DNA of 53,950 nt, the filler included, from Bipalium vagum (Eukaryota): assembly GCA_037834085.1 (NCBI GenBank). It is 3 parts of 3 records of this genome, joined end to end, with 100 filler letters (N's around TTAATTAATTAA, not from the genome) between each part and the next. Parts side by side here need not be neighbours in the genome. Positions count along the whole stretch, not along the records: positions 33,911 to 53,950 come from JBBMKC010261752.1; 2 more parts are not named here. One strand, 5' to 3'. Both the position numbers and the translations under genes were made by a program. The stretch's first letter is position 1. Every line of letters starts with the position of its first letter. Positions 35,383 to 48,162 of the stretch are shown here, piece by piece. Under the pieces are notes generated by a model. That model made no database searches and was not told the DNA's origin. It saw only the letters and a program-made list of their open reading frames with translations.

Positions 35383-38248
35383 TCTATTATCAATGGGTGC
35401 CGTTTGTTTTAAGTCTCCAGTGTATCATGTTCTATATACCGAGGATAGTTTGGCAAATGTTCTGTTACAATAGGTCTGGAACAGACATCCAACACTTGGT
35501 GACCAGTGCTAATCAAGCAGTACATTCTAGTGATGAAGCCAGACAAAAGATGGTATTACATCTTGCAAGATCCTTAGAACAACTACTGTTTCAGGTAAAT
35601 ATTTTATATATTATAATCACAAAAATAAAAATATTCGTTTTAAGAACTAATTTCTATCAAAATATTATATGGCCCATATTTTCAATCTGAAATAAGATGA
35701 AAATCACTCAAAATAATATTTGCTGTGCAGGTTAATAATCCAAATTTTGTAATAATAAAAACTCCCTTTTAAAGGATAAAATCAGTATCTGTTTGTATTC
35801 AAAGGTTTATGAAGATATCAGTTTTCTTTCCTTTCAGGTCAAAATAACGATTATTATTATTATTATTATTATTATTTTATTTATTAATAATAATTTATTA
35901 ATATAAAAATAGTTAGAAATCGGAATTTAGTAAAATAAAATAGAAATTAATTATTAAAAATGATGTTTTGTTTTTATACATCAACTAATCTATTAATATA
36001 ATAAATCTTTTTTTAATCTTTTAACTCAAAAATAAAGGTAAAATTTGAATTTTGAAATTCCAATAATCTTAATTAAGGATCATTATTAAAATACCTGCAA
36101 GCTTTTATAGAATTACAATAGATTCGATTAAATTTTCACTTTAAATTTATCAAAATTAGATTTAATGGAGAATGTGAAATATTAACTTTCACTTTAAACA
36201 TTTAATTTTATTTTGAATATGAAAATATTTTTATTCTAACCAAATTTAGATTCTCTAAGACCTACAAATAAATAGGCTTATTACGATAAATTAATTCTCC
36301 AAAATTATCCAAACACTAACTAACCCCTAACTTTCTCACAATTTAATAATTAAAGCAAATTATTTTTATATGGTAAATTATTGTTCCTTTAAAAACTTGT
36401 GGTTGTCACGTATATAGTCGTTCAAAAATGCTTGACAGACCTGTTCACTCTTCAAAGACTGACACAAAGATATTGTTTATTTGTACCTCAATTTTCCTCA
36501 TATTTGCAATTGATAAAACTTCCAGTCACAGCACTTTTATTAGTGGATAATACAACATTTCATGGTACTAAAAGGGTGTTTACTGATAATCCGAATTTTA
36601 AAGTTCTTATCTTCCCTCTTAATAACACGCCATTGTTTCAATGATTAGACCAAATCGCTTAACCAGTGCTATCAAAAACATCTACTCACAACACTTGCAG
36701 CTTTTGGCACCAAAAGGAAAACGATTTCACCATCGAAAAATATAAAATTGAAAGATGCGTGTTATTTGATTGTTCGAGCTTGGAATGAAATCCTGACTTC
36801 AATAATTAAGTTCATTTAAACATATTTTTCAATCGTCTCAAGAATTTATGGATTTTATGCCTAATGAAACTATTACGATAGGGGATACTATTCCAATAAC
36901 TAAATTATATAATTCTATCTTTAAAAAAATTCTGATTTAAATGAAAGTGAAATAATATATTGGGCAAACCGAATTGAAGAGAGAAATCTTTCTTTACTTT
37001 TTGATGACAATCGCAAAGTTTGCAATGAAATTATTTCGGGTGAAGAAACGATTGCGAAGCTATCAAATGACATCAATGGTGTTATCAATTTTTTCAATAT
37101 GGTGATAGAATGGGCAACTGAAGAAAATTATCTTCCTATGAATGAAATTTTCGCACTGCCAAGTTAAGAGAAAAGGTTATCATTAAGAAATATGTGTTAT
37201 TTATAATGAATAAATTTATTTAAACAAAACTGATTTTTTTTGCTACGTATTTCGCAAAAAAGGTTTAAAAAATAAAAAAAATAAAAACTTCTTTAAAATT
37301 TAGGTTCACAAAAGTTGTTTGCTATTTGAGCGCTTAATGTATGAAGAATCTTAGTTTATTATTTCAAATCTCCATTTGGTTTAATTTTCGTCCAATTTCT
37401 GATCATATTTTTTATTTCAGCATCGTGATTATCGAACCGGCAAAATCGCAAGTTTTAAAAGAAAAGCGTACAAATTTTGTAATTTTTTGGTTATCAGTAA
37501 AAGACTTGGTAACTGGCTGGTCTTCAGTTATTTTGTTCTAAAACTTGTTTATCTCACAAATGCAATTTGTCAGATAATTATAATGCAGCATTTTCTTGGT
37601 TTTTCATCAAATTACACCTTTTTTGGTGTAGAAGTAGCAAGAAATATTCTTAATGGCAAAGACTGGCAAACGACTTCTATTTTTCCAAGAGTAGGATATT
37701 GCTATGTCCAATTAGATCAACTTGGCGCTAAGCAGTCTCTTGTAGCTCAATGTGTCTTACCTGTAAATATGCTCAATGAACGAATATATATGTTTCTGTG
37801 GTATTGGGTTGTAGTTGTCATCATCATCACTGCCGTCAGTATTCCTACGTGGTTTATAAGGATAATTTTGCAGAAAAGTCGTCATGGATTTGTTAGAAAG
37901 TACTTGAAACTTGGTGAAGAGGAAGCTGTGACGAAATTCAAAAAGTATAAGAAAATGATGATAAAATTTGAGCAAGAATTTTTGCGACATGATGGTCATT
38001 TTCTCTTACAAATGATTTGTCTGAATGCCGGGGACATCATTACTGCAGAAATCGTTTGTCAGCTGTGGAAAATATTTAAGGCGAAATATGCAAATCGTAA
38101 TCTGAACGAGGACATTGATCAATTTTCTCCAAAATGCAAAAATACCATTGTGAAAATAGATGAAATCGTTAACAGAAGCTTTATGAAACAATTTTCTCTG
38201 CCAGTAATTAACAGGCCTGACGGACCAGAACATGTGAATTTCGAATGA
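35383..38248 (+). CDS. inx: Innexin gap-junction protein, 3' exons 35383-35594 and 37421-38248; N-terminal exon(s) not found
   Basis: Signature YYQWVPFVL at TM2, IFPRVGYC, QCVLPVNMLNERIY, FLRHDGHFLLQMI..NAGDII. Splice sites ttctag|TC, CAG|gtaaat and tttcag|CAT are in frame. Confidence 0.95.
36380..37190 (+). mobile_element. Tigger/Jerky-like pogo DDE remnant in the innexin intron
   Basis: LPVTALLLVDNTTFH...KVLIFPLNNTPLFQ*LDQ matches Tigger LPxKALLLLDNAPSH...FLPPNxTSLxQPxDQ; later AWNEI. Confidence 0.75.
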
Positions 38249-38521
38249 AAGGATTTGTCAATACTTCATTTTTAATAAATTGTTTGATCGTCCATAGACG
38301 ACATTTTCATTTTGAAGAAGAAATTAAAAACTGGGAGGGACATGTTAGTCCCCATTATATTTTTTGAAAAAATTTCAGGCTGTAAGCTATCAGCTTTGTC
38401 ACAGTAATTATACTTTCTACGGATATCGCAAAAATAATTATTTATATTTCCTCGTGCTCCTTGACTTTACTATATTTTTGTGATAGCTTATGGAATCTTA
38501 TGGGATTTATCAATACAAATG

Positions 38522-38673
38522 TTAGTAGAATATATAACCAGACTTTGAGGACATGACCACAGCTGTTTTTTTCATTTTTTACGATTTTTGATGGAGTGTA
38601 CGATCTTTCAATAACATTTTAAAATGAGAAAACATGTTTTCTATCTTCAAAGCCTGGTTACATATAATACTAA
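38522..38673. repeat. Imperfect inverted repeat (fold-back) downstream of innexin
   Basis: ttagtagaatatataaccagactttgagga versus the reverse complement of 38644-38673: 25/30 identical, with weaker pairing continuing inward. Confidence 0.65.
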
Positions 38674-38799
38674 GAGGATTATATTTTTTTTCTTTTATTA
38701 TTTACTTTTTTAAAATTATTTTACAATCAAAAAAATTTAAATTTTTTCTAAAAAAAAATAGAAAAAATATTAAATATTTTAAAAAACTCAAAAAAAGTT

Positions 38800-41005
38800 G
38801 AATGCGGACAGTGGTGGAAGGGAAACAATTTTTTTAACAAAGATAGTGATAAACTGGAGACCAGGTATCACGGTGGAAATACGGGAACAAAGATTCGAAT
38901 GCTTATTAGACACAGGAGCTGGACTCAGCGTGATTGAGCAGGAAAATTATGAGTAATCTGAAAAACATGGAAGTAGTGAGGACCAAAGATAGGTTATGAT
39001 GCACAAACAATAGCCAACTGAAAATAGTTAAAAATGCTCAATTGGTGTTGGAGTATAATAGAAATAGAAACTAGTAGACTTTACAGTAGTAGAGGAAGTC
39101 ACACGGGATTTAATTGGCTGAATAAATCCCCAAAAGGTTTTCGGTTTTGGATTACTTAAAGAAATCTCGGGCAAAGTAATAATGAAGGACGCAATATAGG
39201 AGACATGTATACGTGCAATATTGTGGGAAGTTCGATACTGAATGCAAGGAAGGATAGCGTTTCAGGCAGGCAATAGAAATAATAAGAGCGGCAAACAATG
39301 GACAAATAGTCCAAAGAGAATGAGGATGTTTTTATGACCATCAAGTGGGATATCGGTTGTACTCACCTAGCAAAACATCAAATTCGGACAACAGGAAAAC
39401 CTTAACCCATATAGGCAACCGATGAACCTGGAAAAAAAGATTCGAGACACTATCAAAAACCTATACGATAATGAGATTATTAAAAATATAATTCACCCTG
39501 GAATGCACTGAAGAAGATGAAAGGTATCCATTTATGTTTCGTCAGTTAAACACAATAAAGAAAATACAGGCATTTTGATGCCGAACGTAGAAAAGTTAGA
39601 CGCTTTGGGAGAGGCAAAGTTTTTTAGCTTTCTTAATCTTGATAATGCTTACTAACAGGTGAAACTTGAAGAGAAATCAGAGATGAAGACTACTTTCTCT
39701 ATTAAGGAAGGATAATATTGTTTCAATAGAATGCCCTTTTAAAAGCTATAGTCCCTGGGATCTTTCAGGAAATAATGTCGAAAGTCGTCGGAAAAATAAA
39801 AGGAACAATGGTATATCTTAACGACATACTGGTGTTTACTAGGACCGAGGAAGAACATTACTAGGCTCCGAATGACGTGTTCAAAAGACTAGATTAAAGA
39901 TAAATCCTCAAAAATTTCCACTTATTATAGGCGGAAATTAAATTCTTGGACCATGTAATGAATGAAGTAGGTGTTCAGAAGGATCCTCTAAATTGGAGAC
40001 AATTACTAAATTTAAAAACTAAAAAGCATTAAGAAGTTTTCTAAGAGATCCAGGTCCATGTAAAAAGCGTGTGGGAAGAGTGAAAAGAGGCTGGTATGGA
40101 TACTGGAGATGGAAAAGGCTTTAGAGGAAATAAATGTAGCATTAACATCAAGTCCAGTGTTGTGTTTCCCCAATATTAATGGATTTATTCTGGATACAGG
40201 CGCCAGTTTCGATTCGATCAGAGAAATTTGACAAAAATCTTAAAGAATTAGTAGTTGCATACAGCTCTTATGCCATGATCATCCATGAGATGGGCCACTG
40301 CACTACCCTGAAGGAACTGCTATCCATCTATTACTTTTGCAATCATTCTAAGAATTATCTGTATGGAAGACAATTTAGATTGAGATGAGTACGAAAAGGC
40401 CTATCACGGCACAGTTCCAGGAATAGATCAACTAATTAAGCGGGTTAGATATTAATTTCGAGCATATGAACGGGACGGCACACACAAACACACACGAGAA
40501 AAACGAAGGTTGGATTATTGAGCACAATAGACGAGGAAGTTACAAGTTACGATTAAAAGAACTTGATACGGCACAAACATATGAAGCTTGATCATGCAGG
40601 ATTGAGAAGGTTGTGCAATACATGAAAGAGAAATACGAAATGAAGAATTTACTGGGTAAGGTTCGTCGAATATTATCAAGGTTCGAAGCTTGCCAGAACC
40701 ATAAGGTGATAACATCAGCGACAAAAAGGAGACAGTAAAACTGGTAGCATTGAATTTGTTTGAGAACATCTACGTCGACATTTGTGGTCCGTTAACGGAA
40801 ATCATGAGGAAGAAATACATTCTGGGAATAATAGATCAATACAGTAAGTACATCAGCTTAACGACGGTTAGAGATGATAATTGGTGTGATAAAATATACT
40901 TGAATGCTGAAGTTTGTTAGCCTCCAGACAATCAACTTAGACTGTACAAAGACGTTTGAGTCCAGGACGATGGCAGAGTTCGCAAAAATTATAGATGTTG
41001 AGATA
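38800..41005 (+). mobile_element. Decayed Ty3/Gypsy pol (PR-RT-RNaseH-IN)
   Basis: LLDTGAGLSVI (protease); SPWNA, FSFLNLDNAY*QV, YCFNRMPF and VYLNDILVF (RT); FILDTGAS and KELLSIYYF (RNase H); IYVDICGPL..KYILGIIDQYSKY (integrase). Many stops and frameshifts. Confidence 0.92.
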
Positions 41006-44000
41006 AGATAATAACTGTATATACTGATATTTTCCCACTTTCACTATTTAATAAAATTCAAGATTGATTCTTCATACACTTGATCTCCCCAGCTACATCT
41101 ATTTTAATTATTGATATTACATTTTATGTGAATTGAGTTTTCCAATATTTCCACATTGATTTCAATATATATCCAGATTTATATAAAAATCATGAACCAA
41201 TTATAATAATCTACATTTATGATCTTTTGTATTCATCAAATCGGTACATAAAATGTTTTTTGATATGAGGAATAAAATTGATATTGGCTAACTGTATATA
41301 CATTTTTTGTTATCCGAAAATTTTAAATCATATCAATTTTCAGCTTTTCAGAAATATTAATGAACAACAGTTAGTTGGGTTTTAAAGCATGTTTTTAGTT
41401 AATATTAAAAAATATAATTTTGTGATTAGGAATAAAGATAAATTTAAATACTTTATGTGATTGTTTTTTTTCTAAAGTAGTTTTTCAAATATATCTATCT
41501 TTTAAAGATTAGTTTAATAGTTTTGAAAAGTATGCTTTTAAATAAATATTAAACAGTATAAGAATTTAAAATTATTTAAAAATAAAGTTAGGATTATTTA
41601 CAGATTATGTAAATCTTTTTTAAACATTTTAAGATTTTTAAAATTTTGTTTAAATAATTCTATTTAGAAAAACATTTATTTAAAGTATCGAAAATTCCAA
41701 TGCTTTTGACCATTTATTTTTTTATAGTAAGTGATAAGCAGCATTGGTAAACTGAATCATCTTGATAGTGCAGTATTTATCTTAAATATTGTATATTTTG
41801 ATGAGACATTTTATTTGCCATTCATATCTAAATGAATAATTATCCAATATTTAATAGTTTCTTATTGTTTATGAAATCTATTTTCCTTGTTTTGCTGAGG
41901 ACATCTTTTGCATCTATCTTATATTTTAGTCCAATAGGATTAATTTATTGTCTGACCACTTTCGTTATAGTTATAATACGTTAAATTTTACAGCCTTATT
42001 ACTTAAGTATTCAAATCATAAATATTTTTATTAAATTCATATTTACATGTATTTTCGACAGAATACTAAAAAATTTCATGAAGTTCTTTATATCATATAC
42101 AATATAGTGGAAAAGATTTAAATAAATTTAATGGTCAGATTTGCTATTTGTTACAAGATTTGCTATTCTGAAGGTCCAGTTGTATGCAGCTGCTAAATAA
42201 AATTCCATTCTACCTCAGTAAGTAAAGTAACAATAACAATAAAGTAACAATAAAGTTTAGTAACAATATAGTTAAAGAAAAATAGAACTGTTCGTGTAAA
42301 GGTAAATTTTTAAATTCACTGATTTGAGCACTTGATCAACATTTAAAAAATTCATTCCAGTGATTTTTTATATGTTTGCAGATTGACGAAGGCTTTGTAT
42401 GATAATTTTAAAAATAATGTCAATATATGTAAAAAAACTTTTATATTAGACAAAATTGAGGAAAATCAGGTCTAGTGTTAGTGCCGGTAAATCCGCCCTC
42501 TCTCTCTAAGGTTCGGCCTTTATATTCGTCCCGTTTGTAATTTATTGGATAATTTTTTTTGTTTTGGTTTAATATTATATGAATAATTGTAGATCAGAGT
42601 AAATATTCTATTTCTCAGTTCTCGGTGCTACTATTGAAAGATGTGATGAAAAAAAGAAACACGAAGGAAGGGGTCTCATCATCGGGTGTGAAGAGCAGTC
42701 TGGCTCGGCCGAAAAAAATTAAATTCAGACAGGTTCACGTGCTAGGCAATTATAGCGGCCTTGAGAGACTTTCAAATCCTTTTCAGGTTATGTGTGCCAA
42801 GTTCACATACATATTTCCCATTTTTTCTATCTTAAATTTCGTTGTAACATTTAAGTTAAAAATTTCAACTCTGTTTCTTTTGCTATTGAGATTCTGCTAC
42901 TGTATTATATAGGAGTCTCTTCAACAGACAACAAATATTCTCCTTAAGTTAGGTATGGATAAACAGGTCGCTTGAGCAAAATAATTAATTATCATTTAAG
43001 TAGCAAATGAAAATTTGTTTTAAAAATAAGTGATTTATTTTTAATATAGAAAACGACGAAAAAAGGTTTTATGAATTATAATAATTGACATCAATTATTA
43101 TCATTCTTAAGTACTAATATAATTATCAGATATTAAATTATTAATACCATTATCATTCATTAATGATCAAAAAATCAACAATAAATGAATGATATTATTA
43201 TTAAATGAACATACTAGAATGTGTAACGGTTACATTTTTGTACTCTATTATTAGTCAACTAAATTAATTGTGTTGATCATAATGAATAATAGTCGTGGAT
43301 TTTTGTGAAACAAGTCTACTCAAAATCATCAGATAAAAATAGAATTTTTGTCTCCTAACTTCAAACTAGAAGAATTTTCTTTAGGATTTGCAGGTCGTTT
43401 TTTTAATTTTCTTTTCATTATTTATAAATTTTTGGAGTCTTTAAAAAAATAAATTTTGAATAAAAATAAAACTAATTTCTGTAAATTTTTTATTATAATA
43501 ATAGCAAAAGTTAGTGAAGTTGAATTTCCTAGAGAAAATAGTTTTTTTTATTTAAAATTTTATTTTTATGAACAAGACAAATTATGTGATGATGATGACA
43601 ATTTTAATATATTTAAAATTTTCAACAATAAATACAAATTTTAATTACACATTTTAAAAAAATTCTCTCTACCACGTGTGTCCAACTCTCTTCTCAAATT
43701 CTCTCTCTAACGCTCACTTTACTCCTCTCCATTTTTGTTTTTCCACTTGTTTGCCCATCAATTAATATGAATTTGAAACTAAAAAAATATTCAGCAATAT
43801 ATTTTTTAAAACAAGTAAATATTAAAAATATAAATAGAATTATGGTTGAATGTGATATTGTTGAAAGACCTTATTTTAATGGTGAAAAAAACTTATTTAA
43901 TATTTGATTTAAAAAAGGATATAGGATAATCAAAAAACAAAGTTCCAATTTATTATCCCGTAATTGTAAAAAATATAAATGAGATAAATTAAAATAATCG

Positions 44001-44109
44001 ATGATAAAAGTTATTGGTTAGATTTTAATAATGAAATTAGTTTTATAATTTATTTAAAATGGATCTAACTACTACAAAACAAGGCCATTTTATTATTATT
44101 ATTATTATA

Positions 44110-44900
44110 TGCAAAGAGAGCAGATATGCCGCGACATCGGGAGGTGATAAACAGTTACAATAGTCAAATAAATGCCAGAAAAGCTTTGAAGAGATAAAAA
44201 GTAGATTATGAAATGCCCCAGTACTCGATTATCCAAGACAAGACATAACTTTCGTGCTAGATACAGATGCCATCGGAGCTGTGTTGAGTCAATGGCGAGA
44301 AGATGGATCGGAAGCAGTAATCTATTATTCCTCAAGGCATTTGTCAGCACATGAAGTGGGTTATTGCGTGACCCGGAAGGAGTTGCTGGCAGAGTATGAA
44401 TTCGTTTTCTATTTTAAACAATATCTATATGGTAAGCAATTTTTTTCCGAACGGACCTTAGTATTTATGAATGACACAAAACAACCTATCAGTCCCCAAT
44501 TCCAGAGCTGACTGGTGAATTGAGCAAAATTCAATTTTGAGCCTAGCTTGTCTGACGGTTTTGCAAGAATTTTAGAGGTTTTGTGTGTGCAATGCCAAGC
44601 CCACCGTGAGTTGGCAAAGACCGAGAAATCGAGAACCTGTTATATTAATGTGTTAAGTGAGAAGAGTACTAGATTCGAGAAAATTCAGCGCAGATAGGAA
44701 AACACCAAACGTTATGAAGTTTAGAAAATAAATTACAGAAGCAAGACCGGGCCTGTTGTACATCTTGAAGGAAAATTGTCTTTTTCGGGTGAAAGATGAT
44801 TTAGGTGTCGTCCGTAATATTAGTTTTATATCAGAATACTCGGAAGAAAGTAGTAATTCCTGAGAGTTATGTAACTGAATTTTTACATGTGTTTGGTTTA
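44110..44900 (+). mobile_element. Ty3/Gypsy RNase H region remnant
   Basis: FVLDTDA-IGAVLSQ...VIYYSSRHLSAHEVGYCVTRKELLA..F..YFKQYLYGKQF. Confidence 0.88.
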
Positions 44901-45199
44901 TCAAAGACACCCCCATGGGGAAATATAATAAAGAAAAATCATAAAAAAGTATAAATGTTAAAAATCATATTAATAATTAAATTTAATTAATACTTATGAA
45001 ACAATTAAAAATTCCCAGATATTTTTATTTTTGAAATACTTAGGAAATAAAACAGCCCTCCAAAAGTATTTTTTATTTTTTAAGAAGTCTAAAAGAAGTA
45101 TTTGATAATTATTAATGATCATCATGAAATAATTTTTAAGGAATTTTAGAATTTTAAGTATGATTTTGAGAATATTTCAAGAATAGATCCCAGATGAAA

Positions 45200-45900
45200 A
45201 TCACTTCTAAAAAGTATATAAGCAGAGGTATTCTAGCATATTTTCACCTCTCAGAAATTGTAATAAGCAGGAAAAGGATTGCAGAGAACTACTGATATTA
45301 CTTTACGGAAGATACGGAGAAAACTGATATTACTTTACGAAAGAGACATCGTATTCCACAGATCAGTCCAAATTTACGGATACAGAACCTGCGCCCAAAA
45401 GGATATTTTTCTTTCAAGTATTATTATAATTAATTCCATATTCGGACTACGCTTAGACTTCCCCACCGGCGGGTTACCGGTGAGCAGCCGTTAGGGCTCA
45501 GACGATAACTCGGGAGTTCCAGCAGAGGCTAAATTGTAAGACTTTTTTAAAAAGTAATTATTAATTTAGTAATTTTGTTTTAATCGAACTTTAATATTTT
45601 GTTACACTTTGATTATCATTGATTAGACATTACATTTAATTCATTTGATTATAGTGTTGTATGATTATATTTTTATTTTTTGGAGTTTTTGAGTTTTAAA
45701 GGATTTGTGAAACACTTAAGACAGTAATTGTGATCCCAAACTTTTGATTATCTTTCTGCATTTCTGTGTATATTTGTGATTGTGTGGTATAAATACAATT
45801 ATTGCTTTACTGATTGTTATTATTTGCAAAAGCCTAAGAGTTGGAATCAGGTCTAAATTTGATACAGAAATAGTGAATCAAATATAATCCAAGGGGAACT
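45200..45900. mobile_element. Possible LTR-like segment with a short tandem duplication
   Basis: GC-richer non-coding island between Gypsy fragments; duplicated actgatattactttacg unit at about 45290-45340; no partner LTR seen. Confidence 0.3.
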
Positions 45901-45959
45901 CTATAATTTAGGTAGCAAAAAATTATATCATGATCTGGAGGATTATTATTTTTGGCCAA

Positions 45960-46850
45960 CAATGTGGAGCTCCATTAAAACGTACCTGAAAATCTGTCTG
46001 ATCTGTACGAAGAGGAATATAGATCAAACACGCACTAAAGAGGTTTTGATCCTGAGAGGTACCAAGCATTTTTTTGAAACAGATCGTGGTAGACATTGGT
46101 TTTATGGAAAGGTCGGGAGCTAGTTACAAATATATCCTTGTCATTATGGATCGTGTAAGTAAGCTGGTGAACTTGGCGGCGTTGACTAAAATAGATGATA
46201 GAGCTATCTAAAAAATTATTAACAACTGGCTTGATAGTATCCTGACAGGCAAAGTACTCAATTTTGAGAGCACTTGGCTTGAACAGAAATAGAAAGGTAT
46301 GCATATCAATCAGGAATTCAGTTCTCCTTATCAGCACCAGTCCAATGGTCTTGTGGAGAGGATAATAAGAACAATTCGAGACATGATAACTACTTTAATA
46401 GAATTGTTGTGAAGAGCAGGACTGGTACGAAGTGCTACCGAGGTTCGAGTATGGCATTAATGGTATCCAGCAAAGCTCAACAAAATTCTCTCCGTTGGAA
46501 ATCGTGTACGGTCACAAAGTGAATATCCATTCGGTATTGGATGAGGTTATCGGGGTTGAGACGGATATTACAAAGTAAGCAAAAGTAAATTTAGATACAG
46601 TTGCAGATAAAATGGGTTAATTCGAAAGGAGCACACGCGGACAACGAATTTCCTCGATTGGAGATTCAATGTTTGTCAGGTTAGAAACACATAAGAGGAA
46701 GACGAATGATTTTCAATATAAAGACCATACGAAATTTTGCGTTACTTGTCTTTTCATCAAGTGGAACTAAAAGGTCCAGATGCCATCCAGAGAAGAATTG
46801 AGTGGCTGAAGAGATGGTTGTCTTCTTGTCCGAAAGGCGAGTTAGACTAA
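45960..46850 (+). mobile_element. Ty3/Gypsy integrase remnant
   Basis: QIVVDIGFM..YKYILVIMDRVSKLV; SSPYQHQSNGLVERIIRTIRDMI; DWYEVLP..EYGIN..QQSSTKFSPLEIVYG. Confidence 0.88.
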
Positions 46851-48162
46851 ATTTGTTTTTTGAATATTAAATAAATAGTTTTGAAATCCAAATTTTTATT
46901 ATTCAATTAAAGGAAGATTTAACTTTAATAATAATTAATTATTTATTTTTATTCCTCTCAATTAATTTTATCATTATTATAAATCCTTTATTATTATTAT
47001 TATTGCAGTTATTATATTATTATAGACCTTAGTGATCGTGACTTTGGTGAACCCAACAATATAATTTATTTTCTTATCATGTAAAAATGATAAGAGGTAA
47101 ATTTATATGAGATAAGATGTGAATGGAGAGGTTAGTTGGTATGTATATGAATAATTTTTAATTGTATCATCTTAAAAGTGGAAAGATGCTATGATAACTC
47201 AAAATTTTTATGATTTTATTACAGAAAAATCTAGTTAGTGAATAGCAGCATGTAAATTATACTTAAAACTGTGATCTCAATAGAACTTTTAAAAATTCTT
47301 TTTTTCATTCTTGAAGTAGAGTGAGTTTGAGTGGTCTTAAAACCTTGTATTGAAAAAAGCCATATTCCGGATACGCGATAAAGCGCCTACCTGCTTTGAA
47401 GAAGAGCTCATCGTCCCGGTCTCAATAGCCAGCTCGGAATTACTGGTTTTATCGGCATTAACCATTTGTGGTTTATCAGGATCGTTAATCAACTCCGTAT
47501 AAAAATTAACGAACACATGTTTGAGGCTCGAAAATCTTAGATACGCTTTTATCTATCGCAAGAGTATACTTTAGAGAAAGCTTTTCTGAGCACATTAATT
47601 CCAGAACGAAAATTTGTTCTGAAGATGAGATTCAAGACTTTGATCTTTCTATTCAAACAGCCAGCTTCAAATAATTGTCTCAACATCATTTTATCAATCA
47701 GATTCATGTTACTACAAATTAATTTATATTAATTTTAATGATTATTTAAATGAATTTTATGTTAAATTGAGACTGTAAAGCTACATAGTTCAATTATTCC
47801 ATAAGATTAATGCAGATAGTTCGACAAAGTAGAGTAAATATTTTAAATTGTTAATTAGTAATCATTTTCAGTTAAGTATAATTCCCGACAAATAACTCAC
47901 ATTTTCTATTCACTCAGAGTTTTAAATGATAATGACTTGAAATTAAATACAAAGTATATTTTTACTTTAGTTAGATCAATCCAATTTACTAAAAAAAGAA
48001 TTTTTTTGAATTAATTATTTTATCTTTGTTTTAAAAGTCAATTTTGTAATTATTTAAATTCTAGTTTTAATTTCTCTTGGTATTAATATTTAATAATATT
48101 AAAGAATTTTAGCAATTGATATTAATTATGAATTATTATTTTTGTATTGAATAGTTTTAGAA

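Noticed and set aside
42470-42960. GC-richer segment and 95-aa ORF 42625..42912
   Set aside because: No recognisable protein motif or splice structure; probably LTR/gag debris but not supportable
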